From: Eledone cirrhosa
Taxonomy: Eukaryota
Direction: 5' to 3'
Length of the DNA stretch: 64,000 bases
Assembly (NCBI GenBank): GCA_964016885.1
Contig: OZ024740.1
Span: 118,792,001 to 118,856,000 of the forward strand
Below the pieces are notes generated by a model. It was not told where the DNA came from. It saw nothing but the letters and a program-made list of their open reading frames with translations, and did no database searches. This document shows, one piece after another, positions 1 to 14,488 of this stretch. A program made the position numbers and the translations under genes. The number at the start of each line of letters is the position of its first letter. The stretch's first letter is position 1.

Positions 1-19
1 GTATATATATATATATATA

Positions 20-520
20 TATAATCACCCTCATCATCACCTCATTGCCATTGTACATATTTTTTATGCTGGATTGGACACGTCATCATGTTCTGAGACT
101 AGACAGTTTGGATGACCACCAGTGCATTTGGAGATGGTTTTTACAGCTGGATACTCTTCCTAATGCCATCTAGTTTAAGGAGTGTATTGAATACATTTTA
201 TCATGGCACAAGCAGTAGCACTTTACAGAATGCATTTATTGGAGCAGCAACTCAATGACTTTACAGAGTAGGCTGTGTACATTTATCATATCAACAACAC
301 TACCGTTTTACAGAAAAGGATGCATGAATTTCATCATGGCACCAGCACTACCACTTTATAGAATTTACTCAGTGCATTTTATCATGGTATCAATACCACC
401 ACTTTACAGAATGCTTTGGATGCATATTATAGCCTCACCATATCTAGAGCGATATTTGTGTCCTCAGTTAAGTAAAGGGAGTGAGTCTGTGATGTTAGTG
501 GGGAGAGTGTGATTAAAGCA
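20..520 (-). mobile_element. Degraded RTE-LINE/SINE 3' UTR fragment with ~40-bp degenerate subrepeats
   Basis: tttacagctggatactcttcctaatgcca matches the 3' UTR motif of the RTE copies in this window. It has a decayed (CAT)n tail and repeated catttatcatggcaccagcactaccactttacagaa-like units. Confidence 0.45.
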
Positions 521-2039
521 TGGTAGAAATAGTACTGTGGGAACAGTGACAGCTATATGTTGCTCACTGGGAGACTCATCACTCTATATCTGTTGAGTCA
601 ATTAAGATAACAAATCCAACTTAAGCAAAATATATCGATAATATGTTTCAGGTTTCATAAATGTCAGTTGTCAAATGTTTTCGATGTGCAACATATATTG
701 GATACAATATTGATATAACTCAGATATAACTCACAAGAAATTTATTATTAATATTAAATAAAAAAATTACTATGTGTATGTATGCATGTTTGTATGATTA
801 TGTGTGTATATGTGTGTGTGTGTGTGGAGAGAGAGAGAGCAAGCAAGAAAGAGAGAAAGAGAGAGAGTGAGAGATGTGATCCCTCACTTCACATGAAGGT
901 CTGTCAGACATTAAATTTTAACACAATTGTTATTATTTTCTTCATTGCATTTGAATTTATTATATAGTATTTATATTTAGCATTTACAAGTTCTTGTAAT
1001 AAATACTCAGACATCATATACAAACCCTGAGCTCATAATACAATGATAAATACATGCATATATATAATCTGATTGGAATTAAATATCATGAAACTTCAAG
1101 CCTTTGCCACCATGGGCCATCAAATAGCTTCAGAATTGTGTTGTCTTAGGACACATGCCTTAGCTCAGACCAAACAGCCTTTGATTTTAGGATCGAAAAA
1201 TATGCTCAAGTACTATTGTTGCCTCAACCATTTTGGCTGTGAACGTCTTTCTACAAGCCTTTTCTGAATTTAGCTATTATACCTTTTGATACCAAACCTC
1301 ATGAAACCACCCTTTATGATATAAAGCTGTTTCTTTCAAGGATCTTCCATCAGAATTTCATGGGAAGTTATGTTCCAAACACCAGGTAACTAATGAGACA
1401 GTTAGTTATATTACTGAATTCCTCCAGGTTCTTCATTATTTCTAAATCATTTAAAAATATTAAACATCTTTCAAAAGGGTTAACTTTTTCAACACACAAC
1501 TGCCTTACTCTTTATCCTTTAGATCCAATACTTATTTTCCTTGACAAACCCACCCATTATCTTTTATTTATAATTGCTCAAGTCTCTTCTTATTTAACTA
1601 GCTTGTTCATCCAATTGCTGCTCAATAAAAAACCCTATTCAGCTTCCAAAATAAAAGTTCTATCTATTTTGATCATAACGATTATAGAGTGACAGTCTAT
1701 CTAATCAACTACTTGAAAATAAGAAATTGACTGGAGCAATTATAGATGATCTGTGGTCTTTACAAGAAAAAGTATAGTAGAATTTAAGGATACATTGAGA
1801 AATCAGCGATATAATTATCCTGAAACATATGCTATTGAATGTTGGTCTGGATGACTTGCTGCAATTTTCCCAAGTTCAAGTTGTCACATTTGACTAATTT
1901 ACTCGATATCTGTTGGACAGTTGGAAATGTTTGACATAATTTAAAAGCTCTGTGCCTCCCTCCTTCATAAATGTTATTCTGACTTAATTCCTCAACTATA
2001 AAATTTTGTCAAAGTTGGCTTAAAGAAAAAAAAATTGAG

Positions 2040-2445
2040 AGCAGGAATATCATGCTACATAAATAAACATAGATAAGAAAATTACAAGCAACACATACAG
2101 ACAAACATTTAGGAATCAATGTAAAAGAGACATAAATTAAAGAAAAATTTCAGAAGGAGTGTTATAGAGGCATTGCATTACTACTTAAAACAGATCTAAA
2201 TGCAAAAATATCTGAAAGAAGCAAGAACGCTAAACAGCAAAACAATGAAAATAATGATTGCATTTAGAATACACCACCTAAAATTTGATATCAAAATATT
2301 ATATTTATTGTGAATACAGGATTATACGAGTCTTAAGCAACTAAATAGGGAAATAAAATGTTTACTGTAAGGACTACAAATATACCAAGTAAAGAATAAA
2401 TGAAAACTGAATAATAATGTTGATGATAATTGTGATGATGATAGT
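2040..2445 (+). pseudogene. Highly decayed non-LTR retrotransposon C-terminal remnant (R4/Dong-like)
   Basis: Hand translation gives IALLLKTDLNAK and RIHHLKFDIKILYL, resembling the HPKADxDRLYL region, followed by an (AAT/GAT)n-like tail. Weak. Confidence 0.3.
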
Positions 2446-3206
2446 TTTGTACTAATTGCAGTGATCACTATTTTGATTGAAATGTTAACCATTTACAAAA
2501 GGTTAATTTGCTGACATTGAAGAATCCATTAAACAAACAACGTTAACTTCTGCAATTGTACAAAAGCATAGCCTTATGCTTCTCTAATATTAATTATGGA
2601 TGGTTCTTTTGATGCAATTTTTTATTTTTTTATTTCAGTTTCTCTTTGATATTCCTTTGGAAAGTATTTCCAGATTTTCTATTTTGGTAAATGGGTAGTT
2701 GCTATTAATAAAGTACTGTAATTGGAAATTAATTTGCTGGGGGGAAAATAAACTTGTTGATAATAATTATGTTAGAGACACGATCTAATGTGATGTGATC
2801 CCACACTCACTCATTTTAACCCTTTAGAAATGTTTGAAATTTTAACCCTTTAGAAATGTTTGAAATTGAGCTATAGAAAATCAAATCATGAAATCATTAA
2901 GCCCCACAATGAATGTGAATTTAATTACATGGACTAATAATTATATGGCTATAATTTTAGACTTTAATACTATAGACATTGTGATGTAGCTCTTGGCAAG
3001 CTACCTAACTCTATTTTCATCAGTCTAACTCTATGATAACTAGAGCCAATCCTACTTTATAATTATATGGCTAGAAGTGTGAAGGGCATCAAAATGAGAA
3101 GAAACAGTTTGAAATTTTACAAAGCTCACTAGACCCTATAACAAATAAATGAATGTAAGAAAAAGAATTATTATGTGATGGATACATTTTTAACTAACAG
3201 CTATAG

Positions 3207-3590
3207 AAATAATTGTTTCTACTTTTGGCACAAGGCCAGCAAATTACCCAGTGCATTACTGGTACTTTATTTCATCGACACCATGAGGATGAAAGGCAAA
3301 GTTAACCTTGGCGGGATTTGAACTCAGAATGGCAAGGGATGTAACTCTATGCATCAAAGTATGTCGTCCGACCCTCTACCGATACTGCCAATCCACCGTC
3401 CTCAGCTATAGAAATAATTGCTTCTACTTAAGGCACAAGGCCAGCAATTACCAAGTGCATTACTGGTACTTTATTTTATCGACCCCGTAAGGATGAAAGG
3501 CAAAGTCAACCTCAGCGGGATTTGAACTCAGATCGTAAAGGGACGTAACTATGCTGGAAAGCATGGCGTCCGACCCTCTACCGATACTGT
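3207..3590 (-). mobile_element. Head-to-tail dimer of a tRNA-derived SINE with Nin-like central domain
   Basis: Two ~190-bp copies. The minus strand has an A-box-like tggcagtatcgg, B-box gagttcaaatcc, central gactttgcctttcatcct...gtcgat..aataaagtaccag and a tail ending gaaacaattatt. Confidence 0.75.
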
Positions 3591-4021
3591 CAAGACTTTT
3601 GATATAGTCATGATTTTGACAAAATCATATTGGCTTTTTTACTTGAAAAGATATATTTAGTTGAGTCCAGAAGGATGAAAGCCAGAGTTGTCTCGGTATG
3701 ATTTAAACTCAGAATATAAAACACTATAACTAAGTACTTTCCCTAACTTGCATTTTGGAGAGAAACTTGGTAAATCCTGAACAACTAACTCTTTAGATAC
3801 TGATGTAGGTGTGTATATTAATATTCATAAGTTCTAATAATGAATGTCTTGTAACTCTGTTTATATACATATCAAAGAGAAGGCTATTCGTCACTGATAT
3901 ACAGAGAATTATCACTCAGAGAATTATATATATATATAGAATAACTTATACAAAGTTAGCTATAGGCAGTTTCCTATATATACAAGTGCTGACAAGAAAG
4001 ATGCATGGAAGTGTCATTATG

Positions 4022-6062
4022 ATAGATTACTAAAAGGGGAGAATGCATGGGAAGAAGAGACCCTACCCCAAGTAGACCCTATAGAGGGTCCAGCAGTACA
4101 TGTCAGCAGCAGCGTAGTAAGTAAGGCAATCAATGATATGAAGATGGGGAAGGCAACCGGTCCATCGGGTATAGCTGCCGAGATGCTGAAGGCATCTGGG
4201 TCTGTAGGTCACACTATAACCACATGTATTGTTAACCAGGTAATACTAGAAGGTGTCATACAAACAGATTGGTACAGTAGCATCATTGTTAACTGCTACA
4301 AAGGTAAAGGTGATGCACTAGATAGAGGAAACTATAAAGCTATAAAGCTGATGGACCAGGTCATGAAAGTAACAGAAAGATTTATAGCACAGTTGATTAG
4401 GGACCAGGTGAAACTAGACGAGATGTAATTTGGGTTTGTACCAGGAAGAGGCACCACTGATGCCCTCTTCCTTGTCAGGCAGTTACAGGAAAAGTACCTA
4501 GCTAAAAGTAAGCCACTCTACCTGGCATTTGTCGATCTTGAGAAAGCCTTTGACAGAGTTCCCCGTGCTGTAATCTGGTGGGCTCTTAGAAAACTAGGAG
4601 TAGATGAATGGCTTGTGAAAGCGGTACAAGCCATGTATAGGGGAGCAGTCAGCAAAGATTAGCAATGAGTATAGCGAGGAATTTAGCGTACAGGTTGGAG
4701 TCCACCAGGGCTCTGTTCTTAGCCCCCTCCTTTTCAACATAGTCCTGCAGGCAATAACGGAGGAGTTTAAGACCAGATGCCCATGGGAACTCCTGTATGC
4801 TGATGACCTTGCACTTATAGCTGAATCTATGGTAGAACTAGAGAAGAAATTCCAAACTTGGAAGCAGGGACTAGAAAGAAAGGGTCTCAAAGTCAACATG
4901 ACAAAGACTAAGGTCCTTGTAAGTAGACGAGAAAACAGAACCCAGATCCCCTCAGGGAAATGGCCTTGCTCAGTATGTAGCAAAGGTGTAGGCAGGAACT
5001 CCATTCTCTGCCCCAAATGCAAACAATGGGTACACAAGAGATGTAGCGGGATCTCAGGAAGCTTAATTAAGAATGTAGGCTTCACATGCAGCAGCTGTGC
5101 TGGGACAGCAAGCAGCAAACAACCACAGGAAACAAGTACCACCAATCTCTGGGAGGGCTCTGTAGAAACAGTAGACAGCTTCTGCTACCTAGGTGACCGA
5201 ATTAGCAGCGGAGGTGGGTGTTCAGAAAGAACAATAACTAGGGTAAGAACGGGATGGAAAAAGTTTAGGGAACTACTACCACTACTAGCTGCAAAAGGCT
5301 TCCCTCTCAAAATGAAAGGCAGACTGTATGATGCGTGTATCTGAACAGCAATGTTGCATGGTAGTGAGACCTGGGCACTGAAGGTGGAAGACTTACGTAG
5401 ATTAGAGAGAAACGAAGCCTGTATGCTCCGATGCTTGTGTAATAGTAATATACGCGAACGACAAAGCATAAATGAATTGATAGAGAGACTGAGCATAAGA
5501 GGAATCAAATTCTGTGTGCAGGAGAGGCAGTTGCGTTGGTATGGACATGTGATGCGTATGAAGGATGACAGCTGCATAAAAAGGTGCAGAGCACTAGAAG
5601 TCGATGGAAACCACGGAGTGGGGAGACCCAAGATGACCTGGGATGAGGTGATAAAAGCTGACCTTACCCAATTACACCTCTCAAAGGCGATGACACATGA
5701 CCATGACCTCTGGCGTCACGCAGTAATACAGAGTACCCGACCACCCATGGGTACAAGCTGAAGCAAATAGACAATATGCCCCCACACCCCCCACTCCAAG
5801 GTGGTCGTGGAGGTGCCACGGCAAAAAAAAACCCAGCCCACACTATAAAGTGGACGTGTAGGCACCACAAAAAAGTACCCCGCACTCACTGTAAATGAGG
5901 TTGGTGTTAGGAAGGGCATCCAGCTGTAGAAATCAAGCCAAATCAGTTCCTGTATGAGCAAGGCATGGTCAGCTGACCAGACACTGCCCACAACAGGACA
6001 ACCAGTCTAACCCATGCTAGCGTGGAAGAACGGACGTAAAACGGTGATGATGATGATGATGA
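4022..6062 (+). mobile_element. RTE-clade LINE, 5'-truncated, disrupted (RT with PHD-like insert, 3' UTR, (GAT)n tail)
   Basis: ORF pieces 4138-4428, 4829-5344 and 5351-5761 include KGKGDALDRGNY, FCYLG and RWYGHVMR; LYADD reads just upstream of 4829. Stops and frameshifts are present, and the tail is at 6046-6062. Confidence 0.93.
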
Positions 6063-8525
6063 CATTTATATTAAAAGCAACAAAAAAAGTCTGGACTGGA
6101 ATCTTTATGCTTTTTATCCCAAGGAAACACTATACATATTTCAATGGCCCAGCTTCATCATCAGAATATGGTGCAAGACCCAGACAAGTTCACCAAGTGT
6201 TAATTGTAGAATTAGTTATATAGGAGAACAGAATATTGACAAAAACAAACAGAGAATAGAAAATATAGGACCAATTTTGATTCGAGGATTGCCTGCCAAT
6301 TCCATATTGTAACGACTGTTCATCTCCAAATGTCACACTATCCAAGCAATTTTGGTAAGTAGGCATGATGGGGGTTGCAGGTTCTTAGGTGGTGGCAGAA
6401 CTTCAAACACAGGCCAGTTAAGGAAAAACATTGATTGTTCTTTTGGTTTTGAACTATATCAGCCACACATTTGAAAATATGGTAATCACCCTGAAATATC
6501 ATTTTGAAATAAACTGCGTAAAATAGTACTATATTCTGTTTTATTTGTCATCATTTGCCATTTGTATTTTTCTACAGCATTGTACCATCTTTTTGAAAAT
6601 GATTGGTCTTTTATTACATATCTCACAATGATTTGTATTAACTAATATATATATATATATATATGTTATTGCATATTCATCAATATACATCACTGGAAAA
6701 GCAACTACTTGCTTATATTGAACCTGATTAGGGATGTTATATGTTGTTATCTGGTTTGCTAGAAATAGCTGCTCAAATCACATCCACCCATTTTAAATAA
6801 AAATGATACACTGGATATTGTAGTACCTGTGGTTTTAAAAATGTGAGTATCAAGCTTGGAATGCATCCATTTGATCATAGATCAGATTAATTAAGATTTA
6901 TTTGCGGCTAAGCAACGACAACACCATAGATTCTGAAATCTATAGAGAAATCATAGTGAATACATTATAGATACACTAATGGAAATAATTAGACTAAATC
7001 TCATGTAGCTATTATGCAAGGCTGTTTACTCATTCAATGTACATATGTTTTACTTCAACATATCGTTATGTTTTATGTCATTTAGTAGTGAAAAAAATGC
7101 GGCTTTGGTTTTATGAGTAATATGTACAATGCTTAGAAAATTGTTTTGGATGAATAACTTGCTAAATGACTCACAACATTTCCCTGCTATTTGGTCTCAA
7201 AGCAAATCTCCTAGGAGTTATTGCAAAAGCTCATTATAGCAGAGGTCAGAGCTGGATGTGGATACAGACTGTCTTGTAGTGGTCTCTGATATCAATCGAA
7301 TAGTTGGCAAGTAGAACAACATAAACTGGAAATAACAATTTCCGAAACTGAAGAGGCTGGCAGGAAATATAAAAATTGAATGATATGTTTATATCTGGGG
7401 AGAAAAAGTACTTAGTATAATGGAATCCAGTTGCTTTAGAGGATGTGCAAGAAACAAGCAATATTTCAGACAAACGGAATAGTAATATGTGTGTGAGTAG
7501 ATTGCTTAGTGTGTGTGTGGGTAAAATAGCTTCCAAGAAAAAAAATGGTAGTTACTCAAGCAAGAGAGAAAGAAAAAGAGAGATATATATATATAGATAG
7601 ATAGATAGACAGACAGATAGATAGATAGATAGAGAGAGAGAGATAGCAGGACAATGGGGGAGGTTTGTGTATATGTATATATATATATATTGAGAAAAAG
7701 CGACAGGCTAGGATATAGACGAGAAGAGAGATTAAAAGGAAATTATTGGAATAAGGAGAGAAGCATAAAATAATGTGTGAATGGAGATGAAAATGGTGGT
7801 AGGGGGAGGGTGCAGTTGAAAGAAAGAATAGAAAAATAAATTATTGGTCAGAAATGAAATAATGTATAGGAGTAGTTAGGAAAATATAGAAAGAAATATG
7901 AAGAAAGATATATCATGCTAGTTATTATTTTGAAGTAATTTATTCCCTTTGACAGCACCAGTCTATAATCCTTCATGTAGCATACACAATAATTTGAGAG
8001 TAAACCATTTGCTTTTTTATGATAAAACTAAATATATGAAAACAATTATTGAGCAAAACTGAATGGCAAAAATCAGAACAACATATCAAGAATTACACAC
8101 ATTATTTCTCAAATGGAGAAGTTCACATCATTTAATTATGAGATGAAAAACATTCTCTAGCAACAAGATTTTAATTGAAAAACCACTAAAATAATGGTGC
8201 ACACTAATCTCCTTGAAATACCAAACATAAATGTAAACACATGAAATTAAACAGATCGAATATATCATACTGTAACAAGGGAAAATAATTTAAAACATAA
8301 TTTTTATTTTATTTTATCAACCAATTGACAACATCCCTGACCTCATTTGTTTAACAAGTATAGTGGAACTCAATAAATTGGGCCAAGGAAACAATATTTC
8401 CATTGGTCTTTCCATTACTAATATCATTTACAGGGTACAACCCCTTCCTCACAAACAAAAATCAAGAAGAAAATATAAAATCTAGTTGAAACACTTTTAT
8501 GGTAGTATGTCAGTTGCTAATAGAT

Positions 8526-8712
8526 AATAATTGTTTCTACTTTAGGCACAAGGCCAGCAATTACCCAGTGCATTACTGGTACTTTTATTTTATCGACCCC
8601 GTAAGGATGAAAGGCAAAGTCAACCTCAGCGGGATTTGAACTCAGATCGTAAAGGGACGTAACTATGCTGGAAAGCATGTCCGACCCTCTACCGATACTG
8701 CCAATCCACCGC
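8526..8712 (-). mobile_element. tRNA-derived SINE (same family as 3207-3590)
   Basis: Near-identical to 3411-3590. Confidence 0.8.
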
Positions 8713-9127
8713 TAATAAGATAAACTGGTTAAATTTGCTTCTAAAACATGGGAAATGATTATTTACTTCTTCAATCTAATGAAGCAAATGTAAATGAAAA
8801 CTTAGTATAATGAAATTGTATTAATAAAATAGTTGTACAGTAATTAATATATACACAGGATAATATATTTATGTGATTATATTTCTACAATTATAGTGAA
8901 ATGAGTTTGCAATAGATCAAGATCACTATTTCTTCCAATCATTCCTTTCCATGTGACATGATCAGTGGCAACATGCTCATTGAAGTCTCCCATTAGGATC
9001 TATGCCTCAGTCTTAACTACATCTAATGCTGCAGTGACTTCATCAAGGAGTAATCTATATACAGTTTTTCTGTCTCATGCATTAACTTACATAATCCTCA
9101 GAGACATTTCTTTCAGTCTAAGCTTTA

Positions 9128-10335
9128 TGAGGCAAATCCCAATTTTCAAAAAGGGAGACAAGAGAGATTTCTCTAGTTATAGAGGAATCCCCTTGTTAAG
9201 CTTCCAAGAGTCTAGCAAAGAGATGTAGAGATATTGTCATGTCCAAATTAGCTGAAAAACAGTGTTGTTTTGCCCCAGTTGCAGCACGACCAATGAAATA
9301 TTCACACTGTTGCAAGTCTTTGAGAAATCGTGGAAGTATTCTCAAGAAGTGTATGCTTGTTTTATAGACATCAAAAGGTGTATAACTGCATTCCACAGGA
9401 CATTTTGGGGAAGTTTCTGCAGATGTACAGGTTGATGAACAGCTTCTTGTCTTGAAGTTTTTATACAAATGCCCTAGTATTTGTGTTTGGATAAATGGGG
9501 CTATGTCAAGGGTGTGTATTATAAACTCTACTGATCATAATTTTCATAAAGAGCAATTTATGTATAGCTGTGTTGAAAATTGTATCATGATTGATGAATG
9601 TAAGATCAGTAAACTGGAATTTACAGACAACACGGTACTAGATAATTTATCAGGAAGTAATCTACGACATGCATTTGATATGTTTGATACTGAGTGTTGC
9701 ATAGCCGGAATGAAACAGTGCTGTGAAAACTGACACACTTATCCTGCATGTGAGTGGAGAATTTCAAGTATCTCGGGTCCATGTTCATGGCTAATGAAAT
9801 GCGTGAGGCTGAATTAAATCCAAAGATTGCAGGAGCTGCTCCAATTTCAGTACTCAGTCATCAAAGGAAAGGAGGTAAGTGTAAAATCCAAACTCACTAT
9901 CTTCAATTTGGTGTTCATGCCTATTCTCACCTATAGTAATGCTGAACGAATATAATTGCATATACTATCGGCTGAAATGAGTTTCCTCTGAAGTGATTTA
10001 GAATAATGTTAGATAATAGGGTGCATAGCTAAATAATTAAGGAGTTACACTAGGTAGTGCTGCTACTTCTTCAAATCAAGAGCTCATAGCTCCAATATTA
10101 CACATGTGGCTAGAATGTTTAAGGAAATAATTGATGGTCAGATTTTATAGGCAACACCAACTGGCATGAGGCCCAGGAATAGATCAAAAGCAAGATGGTA
10201 GATAACATCCATGAGCGTTGAGCTTGATTGTTCTCACTTTGAGATCTAGCTGGATCAATTGGAGATGGACCCTTTGGAGGGCATGTCTGAGTACTCTGTC
10301 CTTATAACCCTCCCTGGAATAAGTGGATGAAGAAG
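9128..10335 (+). pseudogene. Old, heavily decayed RTE/BovB-like LINE
   Basis: IPIFKKGDKRDFSSYRGIPLLS, EKSWKYSQEVYACFID, LEFTDN (decayed YADD) and ENFKYLGSMF, with many stops. Confidence 0.7.
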
Positions 10336-10924
10336 AAATACACAATAAAAAGTAGAAACTCACACATATATGCAGACACACGCAAACACACAATCTTATA
10401 TGTATATGTAGATATATGTCTATATAAATGTATTGGTGAACATGTTAAGAAGCTCAAAACGTGTTTAAACAAGCATTTCTCAAACAATTGCAATTGCCAC
10501 AAACTGTTCATCAAAAACAGTGTAAAACCATATTTGAATTGTATTGATAACATTACCAATCTGATAGCTTGAAGCAATAGAATCCATAATACAAATAAAG
10601 ATAAATAAAGCCCTTTATTTGAGTTCAACCTACACAATTTCACATCATGTCCAATCAATAGCAAGAGCCTAATTTGTTTCTTAATTCATTTATATATTTG
10701 TTATTTAATCATTGTAAGCCATGACAGACTAGGAGAAGCATCTAGTATTTGTTACAGTTGAGAAAACAAAACGGGATATACAGAGATGAGTGAATATAAA
10801 ATTAAAAATCAAGTTTAAAAGAATAAATTAAAATAAAATAGGATAAAATAAAAATAATTAAATATAGTTATCCAAAATAAGCATAACAAAAAAAATAAAG
10901 AAACATGGGAAGAAAGGGAAGCTG

Positions 10925-10957
<33 letters not shown>

Positions 10958-12961
10958 ACGTTTAACGTCCGTGTTCCACGCTTGCATGGGTTTGGATGGG
11001 GGTAGTCCCACTTGAGGCAAGAGTGATTGTCTTGCTCGCATAGGACTGTCTGGCAGGTTTACTACAGTTGGATGCCCTTCCTAACACCAACCACATTTAC
11101 AGTGTGGGTCTGGGAGGTTTTTACCGTGTTGCCTACACGGCCACATTACAGCGTGGACTGTGTGTTTTTTTGTCGTGACACCTACACGATCGCATTTGTT
11201 TCAGCCTGGATGGCGCGGCACCAACATAACTTTACATACAACGGGGTGGTGTGGATGGGGTGGGTGTGGTGGTGGTGGGACGGGGTGTATTTTGTTAGAG
11301 ATGCCTACTGGCTGGAGTAGGTTTTACTATATATTTAGGTAAGGCGGGTCTTCTCTGTTACTAAGTACCGCCAAAGGTCTCGGTCCAGTGACATTGTCTT
11401 GGAGAGGTGTAAGTGTGTGATGTCGGAGTTTATCAGCTCGTCCCAGGTTTTTCTAGGTCTGCCTATTCCGTCACTACCGTCTATCTTTATTGCCCTGCAC
11501 TTTGTTATACAGCTATCGACTTTCATGCGCATCACGTGTCCATACCAACGTAGCCTTCTCTCGAGTAAACAACATCTGATCCCTCTTATCTCTAATTTTT
11601 TCCTTAGTTCGTTTATGCTTTGCCGTTCACGTATATTACTGTTACACATCCAGCGGAGCATGCAAGCTTCGTTCCTCTCTAGTCTGCGTATATCCTCTGC
11701 ACACAATGCCCATGTCTCACTGCCATGCAGCATTGCTGTTCGTATGCAGGCATCGTACAACCTGCCTTTCATTTTTAGGGAGATCCCTTTAGCAGCTAAT
11801 AGTGGTATAAGCTCTCTGAACTTTTTCCAACCAGTTCTGACTCTAGCTACAGTACTTTCAGAGCACCCTCCCCCACTGCTGATTTTATCGCCCAGGTAAC
11901 GGAAGCTGTCCACTACTTCTATAGAACCCTCTGCGCAATTGAAAGAGCTAGTATTTTGTGGGCACTTGCTGCTACTTATTGCACCAGAACACCGGCCACA
12001 TGTAAAATCTATGTTCTTAGTTAGCTTACCTGTGATCCCACTACATCTTTTATGCACCCATACTTTGCATTTAGGACATAAAATGGAGTTTCTACCTACG
12101 CCTTTCCTACACACCGAGCACGACCATTTCCCAGAAGGGACCGCCACCTTGTTTTCTTTCCTACAAACTAGTACTTTGGTCTTAGCCAGGTTAATTTTAA
12201 GTCCTTTTGACTCTAGGCCGTGCTTCCATGTTTGGAATTTCTTCTCTAGCTCGGCCATTGATTCCGCTATGAGTGTCAGGTCGTCTGCGTATAGGAGTTC
12301 CCATGGGCAGCCTGTCTTGAACTCCTCTGTTATAGCCTGAAGGGCAATAATAAATAGTAGGGGACTGAGAACAGAGCCCTGATGGACGCCAACTTTTACG
12401 CTAAACTCTTCACTATATTCGTTGTTAATTCTAACCTTGCTGACTGTTTCTTTATACATGGCTTGTATAGCCCTCACAAGCCATTCGTCAACGCCTAGTT
12501 TTCTAAGAGCCCACCAGATAATGGAGCGGGGGACTCTGTCGAAGGCTTTCTCCAAGTCGACAAAAGCTAAGTAGAGGGGTTTACCTTTAGCTATGTACTT
12601 CTCCTGTAGTTGTCGTACTATGAAAAGAGCGTCTGTGGTACTTTTGCCTGACACAAACCCGAACTGCATTTCATCTAGGTCAATTCTCTCTCTGATTAGT
12701 TGCGCTATTACTTTTTCCGTGACCTTCATGACCTGGTCGATTAATTTAATGCCTCTATAGTTACTCCTATCTAGGGCGTCTCCTTTACCCTTATAACAGT
12801 TAACGATGATGCTGCTATGCCAGTCCTTCGGAACAACCCCATTCTGTACGACTTGGTTAACTATGCGGGTGACCATGGTGTGTCCCACCGTGCCAGATGC
12901 CTTCAGCATCTCAGCAACTATTTCCGAAGGCCCAGCCGCCTTACCCGTCTTCATATCCTTG
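10925..12961 (-). mobile_element. RTE-clade LINE, 5'-truncated, RT portion open (539-aa ORF)
   Basis: ORF 11335-12954 has QFGF, FVDLEKAFD, GVHQGSVLSP, LYADD, a C4HC3 insert and FRYLG. The (CAT)n tail is at 10925-10956. Confidence 0.96.
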
Positions 12962-13551
12962 CATCCATATATTCAAAAATATTGTTTATAGTTGGTAGAC
13001 CCTTTACAATATGTATCTCCAAACTTGGTACTTTTTTAATGATTGGCTTCATCATGTCCTCTTCTTCTATTCATATATTCAGCCAGACTATTTTCACTAG
13101 GTTAAAAATAGGCTCTCAGAAAATATTTGGAAACATACTCAGTATACACCCAGTCTTCAATTTAATTAACAAATAAAAACAAATTATATGTCACTGATCA
13201 GGTATGTTTCAGGCTTGAAGGTGAAGGGTGGGCAACAAATAAAATTGACTTGTTCATTAGTATTACCATATGTTGTTGGAGTAAACAAAATAAGACCAGA
13301 AAGAAGAGGCGACACAAAAGTAAACAAAGAGTTTTTGATGAGATCATAGAATGTGTGATGAAAGATCTTTGATAATTATGTAAGATAATGAACTAACTAA
13401 TAATTAATAAAAAAAATCGAAGTGAAAATCAAATAGTGTGTCTGTTTTTTATTGGCAATATTGTCAACGTGACTATCTCCAAATATAACAATACATGTTT
13501 CACATGATTTCACATCAACAATCCTGCAAAAGAAATACATACATATATATA

Positions 13552-13647
13552 CAGGGTGTCCAAAAAATGTATACACACTTCAACTTTTCTAATAAATAGT
13601 GCCTGTAGATGTAATCAAAGTGTGTATACAATTTTTTGGACACCCTA
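13552..13647. mobile_element. Tc1/mariner-type MITE (~96 bp)
   Basis: TIRs cagggtgtccaaaaaatgtatacacactt / aagtgtgtatacaattttttggacaccct, flanked by TA on both sides. Confidence 0.75.
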
Positions 13648-14488
13648 TATATATGTGGGAGTGGAGGTTACTATGCAACATGTAAATGGAAACAACAAAT
13701 CAAAGAACACAATACAATGAAGAAATAGCAGGAAAAGAGCCTTTACCTCTTTGATCTAAGTCCTTCATCAAAAAATAGAATGAGCAATGAAAGATGAAAT
13801 AGAAAGATAGAGAGAAGAGTTAGGAATGGAAACAATTATTCTGAGAAAAGCACATGTGCATTATATATATATATATATATATATATACAACTAAAGATTC
13901 AGCGAGAATCGCATTTCAGCGGGCAGGAAAAGCGATGCAAAACGCATAAATCAGAAATGATACTGGCAAAGTGATCAAAAACCAGAGCTAAACAATGTGT
14001 TAAGAAGCCATACAAAACTGAAAAGGTGGTCCAGAAGGCATTAACCACCCAAGCCCAAAACTAAATCAAGCTAAACAGGTCAAAACAAAATAAATGATTA
14101 AAAATAAATGATAACCAGACCTAGACTCCCGGAATTGCTGTTAAAATCTGATGTAGAGTTTCTGTGACACCTAAATCAAAATACAGTCTGCTTTAAAATA
14201 ACGATCGAACAAGAAATATCATGTTATCAACAGGTATTTCGCTCTGTACCAAATAATTGAATGACACGGTGGTAAGTTCAACCACGTGTGGAAATAACAA
14301 GGGGAATAACCCCAGATTTGGGCAAAGTAATTCAGTTAGTGCGAAAAAAAATAGCATAAATAGCACAAATCGAATAAGTTCTCAACAGGGTGGTTTTAAA
14401 ATAAACTTATGCAATTAACCTGTCAATAGAAATTATTAACAAGTTAATTGTAAGACAAGGGAGATTAATACAAATATATATATATATG

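Noticed and set aside
2814-2868. 26-bp direct duplication ttttaaccctttagaaatgtttgaaa
   Set aside because: Simple local tandem duplication with no further structure.
6270-6360. Possible host exon ending at a gtaagt donor
   Set aside because: No polypyrimidine tract at the acceptor, no recognisable protein and no partner exons.
14140-14240. Possible minus-strand U3-A8 hammerhead (TTGATAA...GAAA)
   Set aside because: No valid NUH or stem III next to stem I. At best a decayed relic. The same applies to weak cores near 13740-13775, 23750-23795 and 53070-53110.
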